In this document: piece after piece, positions 44,599 to 54,180 of the stretch
How the letters are laid out: the number at the start of each line of letters is the position of its first letter
Position numbering within the stretch: the stretch's first letter is position 1
DNA from: Armatimonadota bacterium
Lineage (GTDB): Bacteria > Armatimonadota > SYMT01
Assembly: GCA_041690135.1 (NCBI GenBank)
Contig: JAWLHY010000002.1
Span: 416,001-480,000, forward strand
Direction: 5' to 3'
Length of the DNA stretch: 64,000 nt
Position numbers and translations under genes: made by a program
The notes under the pieces: model-generated
The model's input: the letters and a program-made list of their open reading frames with translations, nothing else
Database searches by the model: none
What the model was told of the DNA's origin: nothing

Positions 44599-45216
44599 AT
44601 GCAGTGGTTAACGACGAACTTACTCGGCGCCCCGCGCCCGGCCGACCTGCGCGCCCGGATCTCGCGGCTGGCGTTGTGCGGAACCGCGGCCATTTCCGCG
44701 GCGGTCTTCTCTCCCGTCCGCCTGGGCATCGTCTCCGGCGAATCGATGTCGCCGACTCTCGAGTCGGGCTGCCCGTTCGTCTACGTGCCACACGCGGAGA
44801 AAGACGGCCCCCTGAAGGTGGGGGATGTGGTGGTCTGTCGTCTCGGAGGCCAGGTCTGCATCAAACGGATTTACCAGATGGGCGGGGATTGGTTCTGGAC
44901 GGCCGCCGTGAGCCGGACCGGCCCGCCGGACATGCGGCCGTTGGCGCCCGGAGTCTCGATCGAGGCGTGGCGGGAGCGCTATCCCCGCTTCCGGTTCTTC
45001 CGGTATACGGTGCCCCCCGATACCCTTTTCGTGCTCGGGGACGGCGCCTGGTCGCATGACAGCCGCCACCTGGGTCCCATCCCCTCGACCGAGGTGCTGG
45101 GCCGGGTCGTGTGGCCGCGGACTCCCCTGCCGGAGATCAACCAGTACTTGAGCTGGACGGCTGCCCCTCGCCCCCGCGTACAACGGAATGTCAGGCGAGC
45201 CTCCACCGATGCGTAA
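44599..45216 (+). CDS. S26 family signal peptidase I-like protein
   Basis: GESMSPTL (Ser), CIKRI (Lys), VLGD...SHDSRHLGPI; SD AAGGAG. Confidence 0.85.
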   Translation: MQWLTTNLLGAPRPADLRARISRLALCGTAAISAAVFSPVRLGIVSGESMSPTLESGCPFVYVPHAEKDGPLKVGDVVVCRLGGQVCIKRIYQMGGDWFWTAAVSRTGPPDMRPLAPGVSIEAWRERYPRFRFFRYTVPPDTLFVLGDGAWSHDSRHLGPIPSTEVLGRVVWPRTPLPEINQYLSWTAAPRPRVQRNVRRASTDA

Positions 45217-45421
45217 CTCCGGGAACGCCTATCTGAATATGGGAGCGGCCCTGGTGACGGCCTTCGCGCTCTTCTGCATGGCCCTCTTCTCCGCGGCCGC
45301 CTGGCACCTGGGGGTGCGGGAGCCGCGGAACCGCCAGGCAGTCTCCGGCGCTGGTCGCCCCCGCCCGACCTCCGGAGAGCCTGCCATGGTCGCGGTTCCC
45401 GGAGGGCAACGTCCGCGGTAG
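45209..45421 (+). CDS. Small membrane protein
   Basis: Overlaps the S26 stop; single hydrophobic helix. Confidence 0.5.
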   Translation: MRNSGNAYLNMGAALVTAFALFCMALFSAAAWHLGVREPRNRQAVSGAGRPRPTSGEPAMVAVPGGQRPR

Positions 45422-45587
45422 AGTTCTTGGCCGATAGGGAAGAGCGGATAGCCGGCCCCCACCAGGAGCTGTTGGTAGGCAGTTGTGTCGATGCGCCGGC
45501 GCAGTATCAGGGTATGGAAAACCCCCGCTGGCGAGCTTCCCTAAAGCACCCAGGATTTACCAATCTGCGCCCTGGGAGGCCCGGACC

Positions 45588-45733
45588 GTAGGGATGTGAC
45601 GCCGTTGCATTCCGCAGTAGGTGAAGCTGATCCTGTCGCGCTAAACCGAACCGGACCGAGCCTAGGCATTCGCGGGTTGGCAGGCCGGGATCAGCCCCAG
45701 GTTGGCGGATCACTGCGGCGAGACGTTCCCTAC
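45588..45733 (+). repeat. REPIN/MITE-like element B copy 2 (~146 bp)
   Basis: gtagggatgtgacgccgttgcattccg...cggcgagacgttccctac, homologous to 14006-14153. Confidence 0.8.
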
Positions 45734-45812
45734 AAGTGCGGCATCCGAAGGTTCGGAAAATCTCCCGTCGCCGTGCAAATCTGGTTACCACCTACTTCAT
45801 ACACTGCTTTGA

Positions 45813-46517
45813 TCAGAGCCGGAAGAACTTTTCCTCGACTCCGGTGTTGAGCTCGATCTCCCGGAACTGGATGTGGTCCACGCGCTCACCGTTCTCCCAC
45901 AACTCGGCCTCCAGCAGCACCCACAGCTTGGGGTCCACGTGGTAGTGCTCGCGGAACTGCTTGCCGTTCTGCGTCCAGCTCACCACCACCTGGTGCGGGG
46001 CATCTGGAGTGGGGCGCGGGGCCACGGTGACGCGGGCGCCGGGCTGGGCGGCGTTCTGGCGCCAGCGCCGGAAGAAGGCATCCCAGGTGATCTCCACGAT
46101 GGAGATGTCACGGATACTCAGGAGCCGTTCGTCGTTCGGCTTGAGCCGGACGACGAACGGCTTCAGCAGTCCCCCCCGCCGGGCGCGGACCTGCCCCCGG
46201 GCGTCCACCGTGATCTCGCAGCCCCTGCTGCGCCCCTTCACGACCTTGATGCGCGCGAGCCGCGGCTGCCGGAACCAGACCTGGTAGGTCCCGCCCTCCG
46301 TCTTCTTCCCGTTCGTGGCGTTTCCTTCCGCCAGGCAATGGTAATCGGTCAGGCTGCGGAACCGCTCTTCGGCGCGGGAGAGGATCGCCGCGGGGGCCAG
46401 GGTTTCGGCGCCGCGGGCCGGTGACAGGGGAACGGCGAAGAGCAGGCCGGCGGAAGCGGTGGCAACTGTCAGAACGGCGAAAAGACGACGGCAAGGAGAG
46501 GGACGACTGCTAACCAT
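45813..46517 (-). CDS. LolA-like / outer-membrane lipoprotein-sorting fold protein
   Basis: Signal peptide; SLTDY...WFRQPRLARI...FREIELNTGVEEKFF C-terminal pattern. Confidence 0.7.
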   Translation of the reverse strand: MVSSRPSPCRRLFAVLTVATASAGLLFAVPLSPARGAETLAPAAILSRAEERFRSLTDYHCLAEGNATNGKKTEGGTYQVWFRQPRLARIKVVKGRSRGCEITVDARGQVRARRGGLLKPFVVRLKPNDERLLSIRDISIVEITWDAFFRRWRQNAAQPGARVTVAPRPTPDAPHQVVVSWTQNGKQFREHYHVDPKLWVLLEAELWENGERVDHIQFREIELNTGVEEKFFRL

Positions 46518-46760
46518 GCACACCTCGGTTCTGTCCCGGAACGGGCTCGGACAGGGGGATAGGCGCGGGACGGGAACGGCGGCGGTCGGCGGATGCGCGC
46601 AAGCCTCCCCCAGGTAAAAGTGCCATCCATGCAACCCGGTGCAGGATCGCCGCCCCTCCTTTATAGACGGTCGGACGAAGAAAACGAGTGCCCGGCTCCG
46701 TGTCCCTTCTTGTGCCCTCTTGTGTCCCTCTGTGTCGAAAACTCTTCCGGTATCCTGAAG

Positions 46761-48113
46761 TCAGATGGAGAGGTAAGGGAGCTGGCCCGTGCTGTCGCCG
46801 ATGGACTCCGGCTTCACCCCTACCCGGTCCAGGAGAGTGAGATAGAGGTTCGTGATGGGGGTTCCGTCGGGATAGACCAGGTGCCGGCCCGGCTTCAAGT
46901 TGCCGCCGCCGCGGCCAGCCAGCAGCACCGGGAGATCCTCGTGCGTGTGGGCGTTGCCGTCGCTTAGGCCGCTGCCGTACACGATGAGGGAGTGATCCAG
47001 CAGGGTGCCGTCGCCGTCCGGCGTGGACTGCAGCTTGCGCAGGAAGTAGGCGAACAGCTCCGTATGGAGCGTGTTGATCCGCACTACCTTCTCGATCCAG
47101 TCCGGGTTGTCCCGGTGATGGGTGAGCGGGTGGTGCGGGTCGGGGATCCCGATCTCTGGGTAGACGCGCAGGCTGCCCTCGCGGCCGACCATCAGCGTGG
47201 AGACGCGGGTCACGTCCGCCTGAAACGCCACCACCTGCAAGTCGTACATCAGCTTCAGGTAGTCCGGGAACACGATGGGGATGCCGGCCGGCTTCTCGAT
47301 CTCCGGCAGCAACTCCCGGTTGTCGCTCTCGGCGCTCTGGATGCGGCGCTCCAGCTCGCGGACGGCGGTGAGATACTCGTCGATCTTGCGGCGGTCGGCC
47401 GGGCCCAGGGTGCCGGCCAGGGCGCGAGTGTCTTCGCGGACCAGGTCCAGGATGCTCTTCCGGTACTCCGCGCGGCGGGCGCGGGTCTCCGGGTCGAGGC
47501 TGGTGTCGATGGTCCCGAACAGCCGCTCGAACACCAGGCGCGGGTTCATCTCCGGCGGCATCGGCGTGGTGGGGCTGCGCCAGGAGATGCTGTTGGTGTA
47601 AGCGCAGCTATAGCCGGAGTCGCAGTTCCCCACGGTGCGGGAGTCTTCGCAGCCCAGTTCCAGGGAGGGCAGGCGGGTCTGCCCGGCGAGGTGCTTCGCC
47701 GCGATCTGGTCCGCCGAGATCCCGGCCCGGATGTCGGCCCCCTGGGTCTTCTTGCAATGGACCCCCGTGAGATAGGAGGCTCCGGCGCGGGCATGGTCGC
47801 CGGGGCCGTCGCCCAGGGCGTTGCCGTTGTGGTCGTTGAGGCCGGAGAGGACGAAAAGCTCTTCCCGCAGCGCTTCCAGGGGCTTAAGGATGCGGGTCGT
47901 CTCCCACTGCGGACCGGTCCCCTTCGGAGTCCATTGCTCCTTGATGATCCCGTTGGGGACGTAGACGAAGGAGAGCCGGACCGGCGGGCGCTGACCGCGG
48001 GCGGGTGCGGCGAGAGCGGGGGTCATCGCGTCCAGCAGCGGCAGCGCGACGGCGGCGCCGAGGCCGCGCAGCACCGTGCGGCGGGGTAGGGCCTTGCGGG
48101 TGATGATCCTCAT
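46761..48113 (-). CDS. DUF1552 domain protein
   Basis: RRTVLRGLGAAVALPLLDAM, YVPNG, GYSCAYTNSISW, HHPLTHH, DSTG; ATGA overlap with the upstream gene. Confidence 0.92.
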   Translation of the reverse strand: MRIITRKALPRRTVLRGLGAAVALPLLDAMTPALAAPARGQRPPVRLSFVYVPNGIIKEQWTPKGTGPQWETTRILKPLEALREELFVLSGLNDHNGNALGDGPGDHARAGASYLTGVHCKKTQGADIRAGISADQIAAKHLAGQTRLPSLELGCEDSRTVGNCDSGYSCAYTNSISWRSPTTPMPPEMNPRLVFERLFGTIDTSLDPETRARRAEYRKSILDLVREDTRALAGTLGPADRRKIDEYLTAVRELERRIQSAESDNRELLPEIEKPAGIPIVFPDYLKLMYDLQVVAFQADVTRVSTLMVGREGSLRVYPEIGIPDPHHPLTHHRDNPDWIEKVVRINTLHTELFAYFLRKLQSTPDGDGTLLDHSLIVYGSGLSDGNAHTHEDLPVLLAGRGGGNLKPGRHLVYPDGTPITNLYLTLLDRVGVKPESIGDSTGQLPYLSI

Positions 48114-50680
48114 TTCGTTCCCTCCACTCTCGTCATGCGGAACGGCATGCTGTTCGCGATCTCCAGCACCAGGGCGGAGAAGCGGTGGTCCTGCGCGGCA
48201 ACTTTCGCGGCGATGGCCTTCACCGTCCGCCGGTCGCTCCGCTCCAGGCCGCGGCCCAGCGCGTAGGTGAGCAGCTTCTCGGTAAGGCACTCGGTGAACG
48301 CGCCGCGGTCCGTCTTCAACATATTCCTCAGTTCACCCGGACCGCTAAACGACCGTCCGTCCGGGAGCTTTCCCGAGGCATCCACGGGAAATTTACCATC
48401 CTTCACGCGCCAGGCGCCAATGGCATCGAAGTTCTCCAGGCCGAACCCCAGCGGGTCGATGCGGGCGTGGCAGGAGGCGCAGGCCGGATTCTTGCGGTGG
48501 GCCTCCAGTTGCTGCCGGAGAGAGGCCGTTTCGCCGACCTGGCTCTCCTCCAGATTGGGCACGCCGGGCGGCGGCGGGGGCGGCGGCGCGTTCAGGAGGT
48601 TCTCCAGGATCCAGCGCCCGCGAAGCACCGGCGAGGTGCGCGTGGAGTAGGAGGATACCGTGAGGACACTCGCCTGCGTGAGGATCCCGCCGCGCGGCGT
48701 CCCGCGGAGATCGACCCGGCGGAACTCCGTCCCCTTCACCCCGGGCACCCCATAGAACCCGGCCAGCTTTTCGTTCAGGAAGGTGTAGTGGCCGTCCAGG
48801 AAGTCGAGGAGGCTGCGGTCCTCCCGCATCACGTGCTGGAAGAACAGCTCCGTTTCACGCCGCATGGAGAGCCGGAGGTACTCGTCCCAATCCGGATAAC
48901 GCTCGGTGTCCGGCTTGTGCGCCTCCAGCTTCCGCAGTTCCAGCCACTGGCCCGCGAAGTTCTCCGCCAGCGTGTTCGCCTTCGGGTCTCGCAGCATCCG
49001 CCGGACCTGCGCGGCCAGCACCTCGGGACGCGAGAGGGTACCGCGGTCGGCCAGCCGCAGCAGTTCCTCGTCCGGCATGGTGCTCCAGAGGAAGTAGGAG
49101 AGGCGCGACGCCAGCGCGTGGGGACCGATCGGCCGCGACTCGCCCGGTTTCGCCGCGGCGGGGTCGCGCTCGATCCGGAAGAGGAAGTGGGGCGAGACCA
49201 ATATCGCCTGCAGGGAGAGGCAGATCCCCTCCTCGAACGGGTCTCCCTGTTTCCGCGCTAGCTCAACGAGCCGGAGGTACGGGTCGAGCTCGCCGGGGCG
49301 GAGCGGGCGCCGGAAAGCGCGGCGGGCGAAGTCTCCCAGGATCTTGCGCTCGCAGCCCGGCTGGTGGCCGCCCCGCGGGTGGCCGCAGGTGTAGACCCGC
49401 CGCAAACTCTCGGGGGAGGGGCCCTTCTCCTGGGTGTAAGGACCGGCGATTTCCAGGACCCGGACCTTCGCCTGGTTCACCGCCTTCTTCTCGCGCCGCT
49501 TCGCCTTCCATGCCGCGATCCGGCGGCGGAACTCCGCGGCCTCCTCGGGCGTGGCGTCGGCGGGCGGCTCCGGGTCGGGCCGCGGCGGAAGCGCGGGGCG
49601 CTGCGACGGTTTCGGCCCGCCGTATTCCGCCGGAAGACCTTCGTACACGTACAGCAGCGAAGCAGCCATCCAGCGGTCGCCCGCCGTCAGCTTCACCCGG
49701 ACCTCGTTGCCCTTCCCCGAGAAATTCTGCTCGGTGTCCGTGAAGGAAGCCCCTTCCTCCGGGTCGACCGACGTCTCCCCGGCCAGGTTGCCGTCGACCC
49801 AGACCCCGACGCGGGCCGGTTCGGAACGCAGCGGACGACTGCCGCCCAGCACGACGCGGACCACATACTCGCCGGTGGCGGGAATGCGGAACGTGCCGTG
49901 GAGCGCTCCGGGCAGGCTGAGGCCGGTGGTGTCGTATTCGGTGGGTGGCGTGGTGATCGGCGCGTGGGAACGATCTGGCGGATGGACCTTCTGCAGGGTG
50001 GGCTTCATCGCCGGGGGACCGAAGAGCGCCGTGCGGGTCACCTTCTCGGCCGCCTGGAGGTAGCGCTCCATCAGCACCGGCGACAGGGTGAGCACGTCGC
50101 CGATGTTGTCGAAGCCGTAGCCGGAGTCGTCCTGCGGGAAGTCGTCCGCCGGTCGGAGGTCGATCCCCAGCAGGTCCCGCATCGTGTTGTTGTACTCGGC
50201 CCGGTTCAGCCGCCGGGCGGTCACCCGGCCCGGGTCCGGCCTGGCTTCCCGGTCCAGGCGCGCGAACTCCCCTTCGATCCACGCGGTGACGGTCTTCACG
50301 GCGGCGGCGGCCGGCTTCGGGGATCCCTCCGGCGGCATCTCCCCGCTGCGCAGCTTCTGGACGACCTTCTCCCACGTGTGGGGGTCCTTCCCGACCGAGG
50401 CCGCGGTGCGGAACACCTGCAGATTCACGTCCGCCGTGTTGCTCTTATCCCCATGACAGGAGACGCAGTACTTCGCCACGAACGGCCGCACGCTCTTCTC
50501 GAAGACGTCGCTGGCGGGGGCCGCCGCCTTCGCCGGCGTCGCGGGTTTCGTCCGCGCCGCGCCCGCCGCGGGCTTCCCCGCCGCCTGGCCCGGCGCCGCC
50601 ACCGCCAGCCGGGCCAGCGGCAGCGCCAGCCCGGCTAGGGGAACCATCACCAGCAGATACCGTACCGCGTCTTTGCGCAC
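48110..50680 (-). CDS. DUF1592/1588/1587/1595/1585 protein with cytochrome c motifs
   Basis: CVSCH, RRLNRAEYNNT, LASRLSYFLWS, TSPVLRG, CASCH...PLGFGLENFDAIG. Confidence 0.93.
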   Translation of the reverse strand: MRKDAVRYLLVMVPLAGLALPLARLAVAAPGQAAGKPAAGAARTKPATPAKAAAPASDVFEKSVRPFVAKYCVSCHGDKSNTADVNLQVFRTAASVGKDPHTWEKVVQKLRSGEMPPEGSPKPAAAAVKTVTAWIEGEFARLDREARPDPGRVTARRLNRAEYNNTMRDLLGIDLRPADDFPQDDSGYGFDNIGDVLTLSPVLMERYLQAAEKVTRTALFGPPAMKPTLQKVHPPDRSHAPITTPPTEYDTTGLSLPGALHGTFRIPATGEYVVRVVLGGSRPLRSEPARVGVWVDGNLAGETSVDPEEGASFTDTEQNFSGKGNEVRVKLTAGDRWMAASLLYVYEGLPAEYGGPKPSQRPALPPRPDPEPPADATPEEAAEFRRRIAAWKAKRREKKAVNQAKVRVLEIAGPYTQEKGPSPESLRRVYTCGHPRGGHQPGCERKILGDFARRAFRRPLRPGELDPYLRLVELARKQGDPFEEGICLSLQAILVSPHFLFRIERDPAAAKPGESRPIGPHALASRLSYFLWSTMPDEELLRLADRGTLSRPEVLAAQVRRMLRDPKANTLAENFAGQWLELRKLEAHKPDTERYPDWDEYLRLSMRRETELFFQHVMREDRSLLDFLDGHYTFLNEKLAGFYGVPGVKGTEFRRVDLRGTPRGGILTQASVLTVSSYSTRTSPVLRGRWILENLLNAPPPPPPPGVPNLEESQVGETASLRQQLEAHRKNPACASCHARIDPLGFGLENFDAIGAWRVKDGKFPVDASGKLPDGRSFSGPGELRNMLKTDRGAFTECLTEKLLTYALGRGLERSDRRTVKAIAAKVAAQDHRFSALVLEIANSMPFRMTRVEGTK

Positions 50681-50830
50681 CTGGGTCCTTCGCCTCCACC
50701 CTATCAGTTAGGGGCGCACCCCGCGATCACCTGCACTATGCCTTGTGTAAACGTTACTCGATGGGCGTTGGGCGACGCCAAAGGGTACAATAGATGAAGA
50801 TCACCAGTCATGTGGAAAGGGTGAACGTAG

Positions 50831-51097
50831 ATGCCAACTCACGAGAGAGTAACCCTGGACCGCCTGCTCGAGCCAGTCAGTCGTTGTCTGACGCCCGAAG
50901 CAGCCAGGGAGTTGGTATCCTTACGGGCTGATCCCGAACTCCAGGCCCGCGTCGATCTCCTCGCAGAGAAGAGTAACGAGGGTGAGCTCACTCCTGAAGA
51001 GCGAGATGAGTACGAGACCTACGTACGAACGAGTCGCTTCATCGCCTTTCTTCAAGCGAAAGCGCGTAAGCTACTACTTCAGCAGACAACGAGCTGA
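50831..51097 (+). CDS. Small hypothetical protein of the type preceding HNH nucleases (antitoxin-like)
   Basis: LTPEAAREL...ELQARVDLLAEKSNEGELTPEERDEYETY...LQAKAR; TACAAT upstream. Confidence 0.75.
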   Translation: MPTHERVTLDRLLEPVSRCLTPEAARELVSLRADPELQARVDLLAEKSNEGELTPEERDEYETYVRTSRFIAFLQAKARKLLLQQTTS

Positions 51098-51228
51098 TGG
51101 ATGAGGGGATCCGCAGGGAAGTTCGCTCTCGAATTCGGACAATCAGCGACAACTCCGTGCAGAGTGGTCCGCGGAGTCTTGATGCTTTCATGTGCGGTTG
51201 GAAGTTCTGGTGGGAGGCCACTGCGTGA
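51097..51228 (+). pseudogene. Possible truncated HNH endonuclease remnant
   Basis: TGATG coupling gives MDEGIRREVRSR..., like HNH N-termini, but no CxxC/HNH motif follows. Confidence 0.4.
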
Positions 51229-52445
51229 CTGAGAACCTATCCGTACCCTGGGGCGCCTGGTTCGGTGACGAGGAGCGGGAACTGACCTTCCCCGCGGACT
51301 GGGAAGCCTGCCTGTTTCCCCCGGCCGATGCCCCCAACCTCGACGAGGCCGCCGTGCGGCGGGCCTTCGCGGCACCCTACGGCACGCCCCCGCTGCGGGA
51401 GCTGGCTCGCGGGCGGCGGGATGCGGTGATCGTGATCGATGACCTCTCCCGGCCCACGCCGGCGGAGCGCCTCCTGCCGATCCTGCTGGAAGAGCTCGCC
51501 GCCGGGGGCCTGGAGCCCGAGCGCATCCGCGTGATCGTGGGCGTGGCGGGCCACCGTCCGTTGATGCGCCAGGACCTGGTCCGCAAGCTCGGCGCGGCGA
51601 TGGTGGACCTCCTGGAAGTCAAGAACCACCACCCGCACGAGAACCTGGTGCAGGTGGGGACCACCTCCTTCGGCACCCCGGTGTGGCTGAACCGCGACTT
51701 CGTGGAGGCGGACCTCAAGCTCTGCCTCGGCAGCATCAACCCGCATGGCGGGCCCGGCTTCGGCGGCGGAGCCAAGCTGGTGCTGCCCGGAGTGGCCGGA
51801 ATCGAGACGCTTTACCACAACCATCGCCAGGACAACGGCCTGAAGCGCGGGCTGAACGACGTGGAGACGAACCAGCAGCGCGCGGACATGGAAGAGGCGG
51901 CGCGGATGGGCGGCCTGGACGCCGTGGTGAACGTAGTGGTCAACTCCCGCCGCGGCATCGCCGGAGTGTTCGTGGGCGACATGGTGGAAGCGCACCGGGC
52001 GGGGGTGGAGCTGGCCCGCCGTGTCTTCGCCACGCAGGTCCCGACCGGTTGGGATGTGGGGGTGTTCAACGCATATCCCAAGGACAACGAGTTCATCCAG
52101 GCAGGCATGGCGTTCAACATCTGGAACTCCGCGCGGGAGCCGATCGTGCACGAAGGGGGGACGGTGGTGCTCTGCTCCGCCGCCAGCGAGGGGCCGGGGT
52201 TCCACTCCCTCCACGGACCCGGAATGCGCCTTCCCAACACCGGCAGCCTGCGCGCCCGCTTCGCCCCGCGCGAGCTGGTGATCTTCTCCCCCGGCATCAA
52301 CGCCCGCGACCTCAACGCCGCCACCCGGGCGGACACCACCTACTGCCGTACCTGGGAAGAGGTGATGGCCGTCCTCCAGCGCCGGCACGGCCCCGGCACC
52401 CGCGCCGCCGTCTTCCCCTGCGCCGCCATCCAATTGGCCTGCTGA
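51225..52445 (+). CDS. Lactate racemase (LarA/DUF2088) domain protein
   Basis: VIDDLSRPTP, GHRP, GTTSFGTPVWLN, PH...GFGGGAKLVLPGVAG; SD GGAGG then GTG. Confidence 0.88.
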   Translation: MTENLSVPWGAWFGDEERELTFPADWEACLFPPADAPNLDEAAVRRAFAAPYGTPPLRELARGRRDAVIVIDDLSRPTPAERLLPILLEELAAGGLEPERIRVIVGVAGHRPLMRQDLVRKLGAAMVDLLEVKNHHPHENLVQVGTTSFGTPVWLNRDFVEADLKLCLGSINPHGGPGFGGGAKLVLPGVAGIETLYHNHRQDNGLKRGLNDVETNQQRADMEEAARMGGLDAVVNVVVNSRRGIAGVFVGDMVEAHRAGVELARRVFATQVPTGWDVGVFNAYPKDNEFIQAGMAFNIWNSAREPIVHEGGTVVLCSAASEGPGFHSLHGPGMRLPNTGSLRARFAPRELVIFSPGINARDLNAATRADTTYCRTWEEVMAVLQRRHGPGTRAAVFPCAAIQLAC

Positions 52446-52446
52446 T

Positions 52447-53781
52447 TCAGAACTGCATCCGCAAAGTCATTTCAAGCTTGGAGGCAAGATCCTGTGGGTC
52501 TTGGAAGAACTGCACGACGTTCTCCTTCAGCACGCGGCCCCGGAACTCCAGCAGCTTGCGGTACCGGTCGGCGTCCGTGTCGATCATAGCGAGCGGGATC
52601 TGCGCGCGGTCGCTCATCACGAAGAGGCAGCGGCGCTTCCCGCTGGCCACGGCCTGCCGGTATTCCAGTTCCGTCATGGAGAAGCCGAGGGCCGGGTCGA
52701 CGAACCCATACCGCATGCCGAGCACGCCCACGTACAGCTCGGCCCGGGTCACCTCGCGGCGGATGAAGTCCACGGGCGCGGTGCCGGATGGGGGAAACTC
52801 CTCCATCCCGATAAAGGTCAATTCCAGACCTTCGATCACCCCGCGCGCGGCCCGGCGGTACTCCTGGAGGTCCTCCCAGGTAGAGCTGAGGAAGACGGAG
52901 CGCGGCGCCTGGGCGGCGAGGTCGTGCTTTAGGGTGAGCTCGGTCTCGTAGATCCCGCGCAGGTGGGTGACCGCGTCCAACTGGCGGGTCAGCAGCTCCA
53001 ACTGCTCGGTCACGCCGGGGCCCTCCGCCCCGAGCGCTTCGAGGACGGCGCCGTCCAGCTCCGCGCGCCGGGCATCCAGCCTCCGCAGCATGCCGTAAAT
53101 GTCGAACTGGCGCTGCCGCTCCCGGTCCGCGCCGGGCGCACCGGGATCGTGAGGAGGGACCAGTTGCCACTCGCCGTCCTTCTCCAGGAGGCCTACCGCC
53201 AGGGTCCGTTCGAGGAAGCGGTCGAACGACTCGTAGAAGGCCTGCGCGGAGCCAAAGTTGAACGGCCGGTCGAACAGCCAGAGCTCCACTTCGAACCGCT
53301 CGTCCGTCTCGAGCAGACAGCGAGCCAGCACGGCGGCCATCTGTTCGGCCGTAACGATCGGGTCGAACCCAGCATACCCGGTGCCGATGGAGGGAAACGC
53401 CACCGACCGGCAGCCCAGCATGGGCAGCAGCGTCATCACCCCGTGGCACGCCCGCCGCACGACGGCATCCGCGGGGAGCGGGTGCCCATCGGGGTCACGG
53501 GTGATCGCATGCAGCACGTAAGTAGCGGATAGCTCCCCGGCGGGAGTAACGAGGACATCTCCCGGCTGCACCCGTCCGCGCTGTTGGCGCATCGCCAGGA
53601 TCTTCCGGCACGCGTCGCGATAGGCGATCCCGGCGGCGTTCTGGAGCGCGCGCGAAACACCCCCGCCCATTAGCAGGCGGGTATCATCCGAGCTGACCAG
53701 CACCTCCGCCCGGGAGCCGCGGATGTCCCCCAGGTGGAGCGAAATGGTCGAGCCGCCGACGTGGTAAGTCCGGGGATGCAT
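52447..53781 (-). CDS. Macro domain + DUF4062 fusion protein
   Basis: GDI...MGGGVSRAL...TPAGEL...VLHA...AFPSIGTG (Macro); VFLSSTWEDL...GMRYG...SMTELEYRQA (DUF4062). Confidence 0.85.
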   Translation of the reverse strand: MHPRTYHVGGSTISLHLGDIRGSRAEVLVSSDDTRLLMGGGVSRALQNAAGIAYRDACRKILAMRQQRGRVQPGDVLVTPAGELSATYVLHAITRDPDGHPLPADAVVRRACHGVMTLLPMLGCRSVAFPSIGTGYAGFDPIVTAEQMAAVLARCLLETDERFEVELWLFDRPFNFGSAQAFYESFDRFLERTLAVGLLEKDGEWQLVPPHDPGAPGADRERQRQFDIYGMLRRLDARRAELDGAVLEALGAEGPGVTEQLELLTRQLDAVTHLRGIYETELTLKHDLAAQAPRSVFLSSTWEDLQEYRRAARGVIEGLELTFIGMEEFPPSGTAPVDFIRREVTRAELYVGVLGMRYGFVDPALGFSMTELEYRQAVASGKRRCLFVMSDRAQIPLAMIDTDADRYRKLLEFRGRVLKENVVQFFQDPQDLASKLEMTLRMQF

Positions 53782-53851
53782 GGTAACACGGAGTATAAAC
53801 GCCGTGCCCCCGAACCCTCAAGGGGATTGAGAGAGGCCTACGTCGTGAACC

Positions 53852-53887
53852 GAAGAAGGGCCGGTGAGCTTGCTTCTCACCGGCCCT
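53852..53887 (-). terminator. Terminator-like hairpin
   Basis: agggccggtgag/ctcaccggccct 12-bp stem, pyrimidine tail on the minus strand. Confidence 0.65.
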
Positions 53888-54180
53888 GAAAGTTCATTCG
53901 AAATGCGGCACAGCACCACGCAGGAATCCGGGCCGGCGTAACTTGAGCATTGAGTGGAAGTCGGAGGTGGGTCACCGCGGTCGCGATCACTGCAACCTAA
54001 CGGGCGCGGTCCGTGACCAACAGCATAGACGAGTTGCACACCAAGCATGTGCCGTGACCAACGGGGACAAGCCCCTCTGCTACCTTCCGTTTCCCATTTC
54101 TTTCCGTGTCTCGATTACCCGCTCGCGGGTAATCTCTATTCTTTCCAATCTGTGAAATCTGTGGCTCCCCGGGCCCGGAG

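Noticed and set aside
54030-54060. Sigma-54 promoter on the minus strand
   Set aside because: GGCAC is present but the -12 TTGC is not at the required spacing.
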